In this document: positions 61,686 to 64,000 of the stretch, in pieces | Position numbering within the stretch: the stretch's first letter is position 1 | Layout of the letters: each line of letters starts with the position of its first letter | DNA from: Macrostomum lignano | Lineage: Eukaryota | NCBI GenBank assembly: GCA_002269645.1 | Contig: NIVC01000094.1 | Location: 806,001-870,000, forward strand | Direction: 5' to 3' | DNA: 64,000 bases | Notes under the pieces: generated by a model | What the model saw: the letters and a program-made list of their open reading frames with translations, nothing else | Databases searched by the model: none | What the model was told of the DNA's origin: nothing | Translations under genes and position numbers: made by a program

Positions 61686-62256
61686 TCACAGCTTGGTGCA
61701 GTTTGCCTCCGCTCCACTTGGGTTCTCCGAGGCTCCTCCTGAGCCAGCAGCAGAGTCGGCCGCCGCCGCAGCCGCTGGCGCGACCCCCTCGATGGGGACG
61801 GATCTCCCAGCGCCGGCCGACGCAGAATCCGCTAGGGCGAGGAACGGCGCCTCCAGCAGCAGCCGGCCGTCCTCGGTGAGGCGACTCACCAGATTCTCGA
61901 CGTCGACGCCGCGCGGCAGAGTGAAGCTGCGCTCCATCCGCCTGAGCTCCGTCTGGCCTTCACGCTCCTGCCGGCTCTCCGCCTCTACGTAGACCTGATC
62001 GGCCTTCTGTTGTACCTTGATCTCCTGCGGGTGGAACTCGCGGACAAGAATCTCTGCCCGGAACATCTTGTCGCTGCTGACAGCTCGCTGCTCACCGTCT
62101 GTAGCGCGAGCCGTCACTAGGCAGTTCAGTGGCTGAATTCCCGGGCCGCGGACCAGAGTGCGAACGTCGTCCCAGCTGAGGTCCTGCTGGCTGCAGCTGC
62201 TCATCGTGTCCTCGCCGCCGAGACCCATCGCTGCAGCTTCTGAGTAGCCTCGCTGG

Positions 62257-62287
<31 letters not shown>

Positions 62288-63231
62288 AGGACTGCAGCAG
62301 TGGAGCCTTCACGACCAGTGCGCCCTCCATAGTTAGAATGGTAGACACCTTCTCGCTGTCCACCTCGGCCGGGATGGTCAGCGTCCTGCGCACCTCATTA
62401 AGATCTTCACCCTCCTCGCGACGCGCTCGGATGCGCAGCTTGTCCGCGTCACATTTGACGACGATCTCCTCCGGACGGAAGCCGACCAGATCGATGGCTG
62501 TGGTCCAGCTCTTCAGATGCGGAGACTCAGTCTTCACGGCTCCGCTGGCTGAGCTGACTGTTGAAGCTGACGGCTGGGCTGCTGTGGCTGCTGAGGCTGT
62601 TGAAGCCGAGGCTGGCGTTGTGGCAGCGGTTCCGCCTGCGGACGTCGTTGCAACAGAGTCTGAGGCTCGAGAGTACCAGCTGTGCGAAGCTCCGGAGGCC
62701 TGCGCGGAAAACATATTTTACTTTTATAAATAAATGAGTATTTATGCAACAGGGTTGTGAGTAGCCTCTACCAACGCCTTCGGCGACATCTTTTCACAAC
62801 CAGCGCTGAGGCGATTCTGCCAATTCCACCGACTCCTGAGCATGCACACGCGAAGAGATACCGTAGGCACTCCACTCACACAGGGTGTACAGTGGCCTTG
62901 TCCCTGGCTGCGGGTCAACTGCTGCCTTGTGAACTAATTGCTGACTGACCCTCCATACCCCCATCCTGCATGTGGACATCCCTTACCCCAACGGGCTGGC
63001 CGGAGACCGCACAAAGTCCGAAGCAGCGGAGCCGTCCTGCTGGTGCTGCTGGTACCGCCGCCGTCTCAGCCGGTCCAGCGGTCGACGATCGTCGAACAGG
63101 CTGCCACCGGTGCCCCGGCGACCGGAGTTGAAGAACTCATCCACGTCAAAGTCGTCAAATAGCGAGCGAAACGGCCAATCAGATGAACTGGAGAATGGCC
63201 GGAACACGTTGCCAGGCGTCATCCACGACAT
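61686..63231 (-). CDS. Small heat-shock protein with two alpha-crystallin domains (p40/Tsp36-type); exons 63231-62987 and 62679-61686; about 412 aa (upstream in-frame ATG at 63306 possible)
   Basis: N-terminus DWPFRSLFDDF; ACD1 IDLVGFRPEEIVVK...RTLTIPAEVD......LT.EGALVVKAP; ACD2 VREFHPQEIKV...ERSFTLPRGVDVENLVSRLTEDGRLLLEAP. Donor GG|GTAAGG is phase 2 and matches acceptor GCACAG|C. Confidence 0.87.
62748..62900 (-). mobile_element. 5'-truncated SINE family 2 copy in the sHSP intron
   Basis: CAACCAGCGCTGAGGCGATTCTGCCAATTCCACCGACTCCTGAGCA...CTCACACAGGGTGTACAGTGGCC aligns with 25200-25320. Confidence 0.6.
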
Positions 63232-63576
63232 CGTTGCTATAAGTTCGGCCGAATTCGCTTCTATATGCCTGCTTGAAGTTTTGCTGCGCGTTTCGCGTCT
63301 TGCCATTCTGATCCCTCTCCACTGGCTTTTATCGTAAACACTTTCGCTTTCCTTCCCGTCCAGCCTCCGTCGTCATCTGCCACCCCCCGGTTTCCTCCGT
63401 TTGCTCGTCCGGCACTGCACAAGCTGCTGCATCCGGCAATTCGAGCCAGCCTCTCCCAAAGGGCCAGGTAGGCTTTTATCGATCCGAGCCTGCGCAGCCT
63501 TGGAAGGCTAATGCAGGCGGTGTGCAAATTTGACCTGCCAAAAGTAGGAGCCGCCGCGCCGTATTTCTTGCCTTTG

Positions 63577-63596
63577 GGAAACTTCGGGAAACTTCT
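63577..63596. promoter_or_regulatory. Perfect four-pentamer heat-shock element upstream of the sHSP
   Basis: gGAAa-cTTCg-gGAAa-cTTCt, about 345 bp upstream of ATG 63231; the canonical HSF1 site. Confidence 0.8.
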
Positions 63597-63952
63597 TGGC
63601 TGCAGGGGCCAATGCAGCTTTCCAGTTTCTCTGAATTTTTTGCCCATTTGATCCACCTTTTATCGTAGAAAATATTGGATTAAGTTGTAAACTTCACTAA
63701 TAACTGATCCTGCTGAATATTCGTGATTTTCCCAGTCAATTTTTGAATACTGTGTCGCTGAAGTGATACTTTGTTTGCTAATTTTCCTACGCATGGAAGA
63801 CACTAAACAGGTGTCAATTCAGAGCAAAGTCAAAGTTCGATATATTTGATATTAATGCATTTCAATGAAGGGCAAACCCGATTTGGGCAGAATTTTCCCT
63901 GAATGCATCACCACCACCCTGCATTCATGATGATGGATCCAAAATCTAAAAT

Positions 63953-64000
63953 ATGGATCGAGAGTCGATGGATCGAGAGTCAATGGATCGAGAGTCAATG
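63953..64000 (+). repeat. Start of a 15 bp tandem repeat (ATGGATCGAGAGTCA), cut by the window end
   Basis: Three units visible. Confidence 0.6.

Overview
This is metazoan nuclear DNA with GT-AG introns, very GC-rich codon third positions and minisatellite-filled introns. A two-alpha-crystallin-domain small HSP points to a flatworm, and a Macrostomum-type genome is my inference, not a database result. Bases 1-7.7 kb are an AT-rich nest of non-autonomous DNA transposons. Then come, on the + strand: sedoheptulokinase (SHPK), an intronless UBL5 directly behind a tRNA-derived SINE, two tandem TDP-43 (TARDBP) paralogs (copy A has a decayed Gypsy LTR element in its intron), and a six-exon TR2/TR4-like nuclear receptor. 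After that: a secreted PAN plus LamG-like gene with one in-frame TGA (-), exocyst Sec6/EXOC3 (+), an unknown four-exon gene (+), and a double-ACD small HSP with a perfect heat-shock element (-). About 25 tandem arrays fill much of the rest, and most long ORFs in the track are artefacts of these arrays. Best leads: (1) the TDP-43 pair has an identical N-terminal domain but diverged RRMs, with copy A carrying His at the human P112 position; (2) the SINE-UBL5 arrangement could be a Pol III transcript made translatable by trans-splicing; (3) the TGA sits at a domain boundary; (4) many unrelated arrays share a GAATYGCC core and 20-23 bp periods. All exon structures were assembled by hand from splice signals, reading frame and remembered family sequences, with no searches run.
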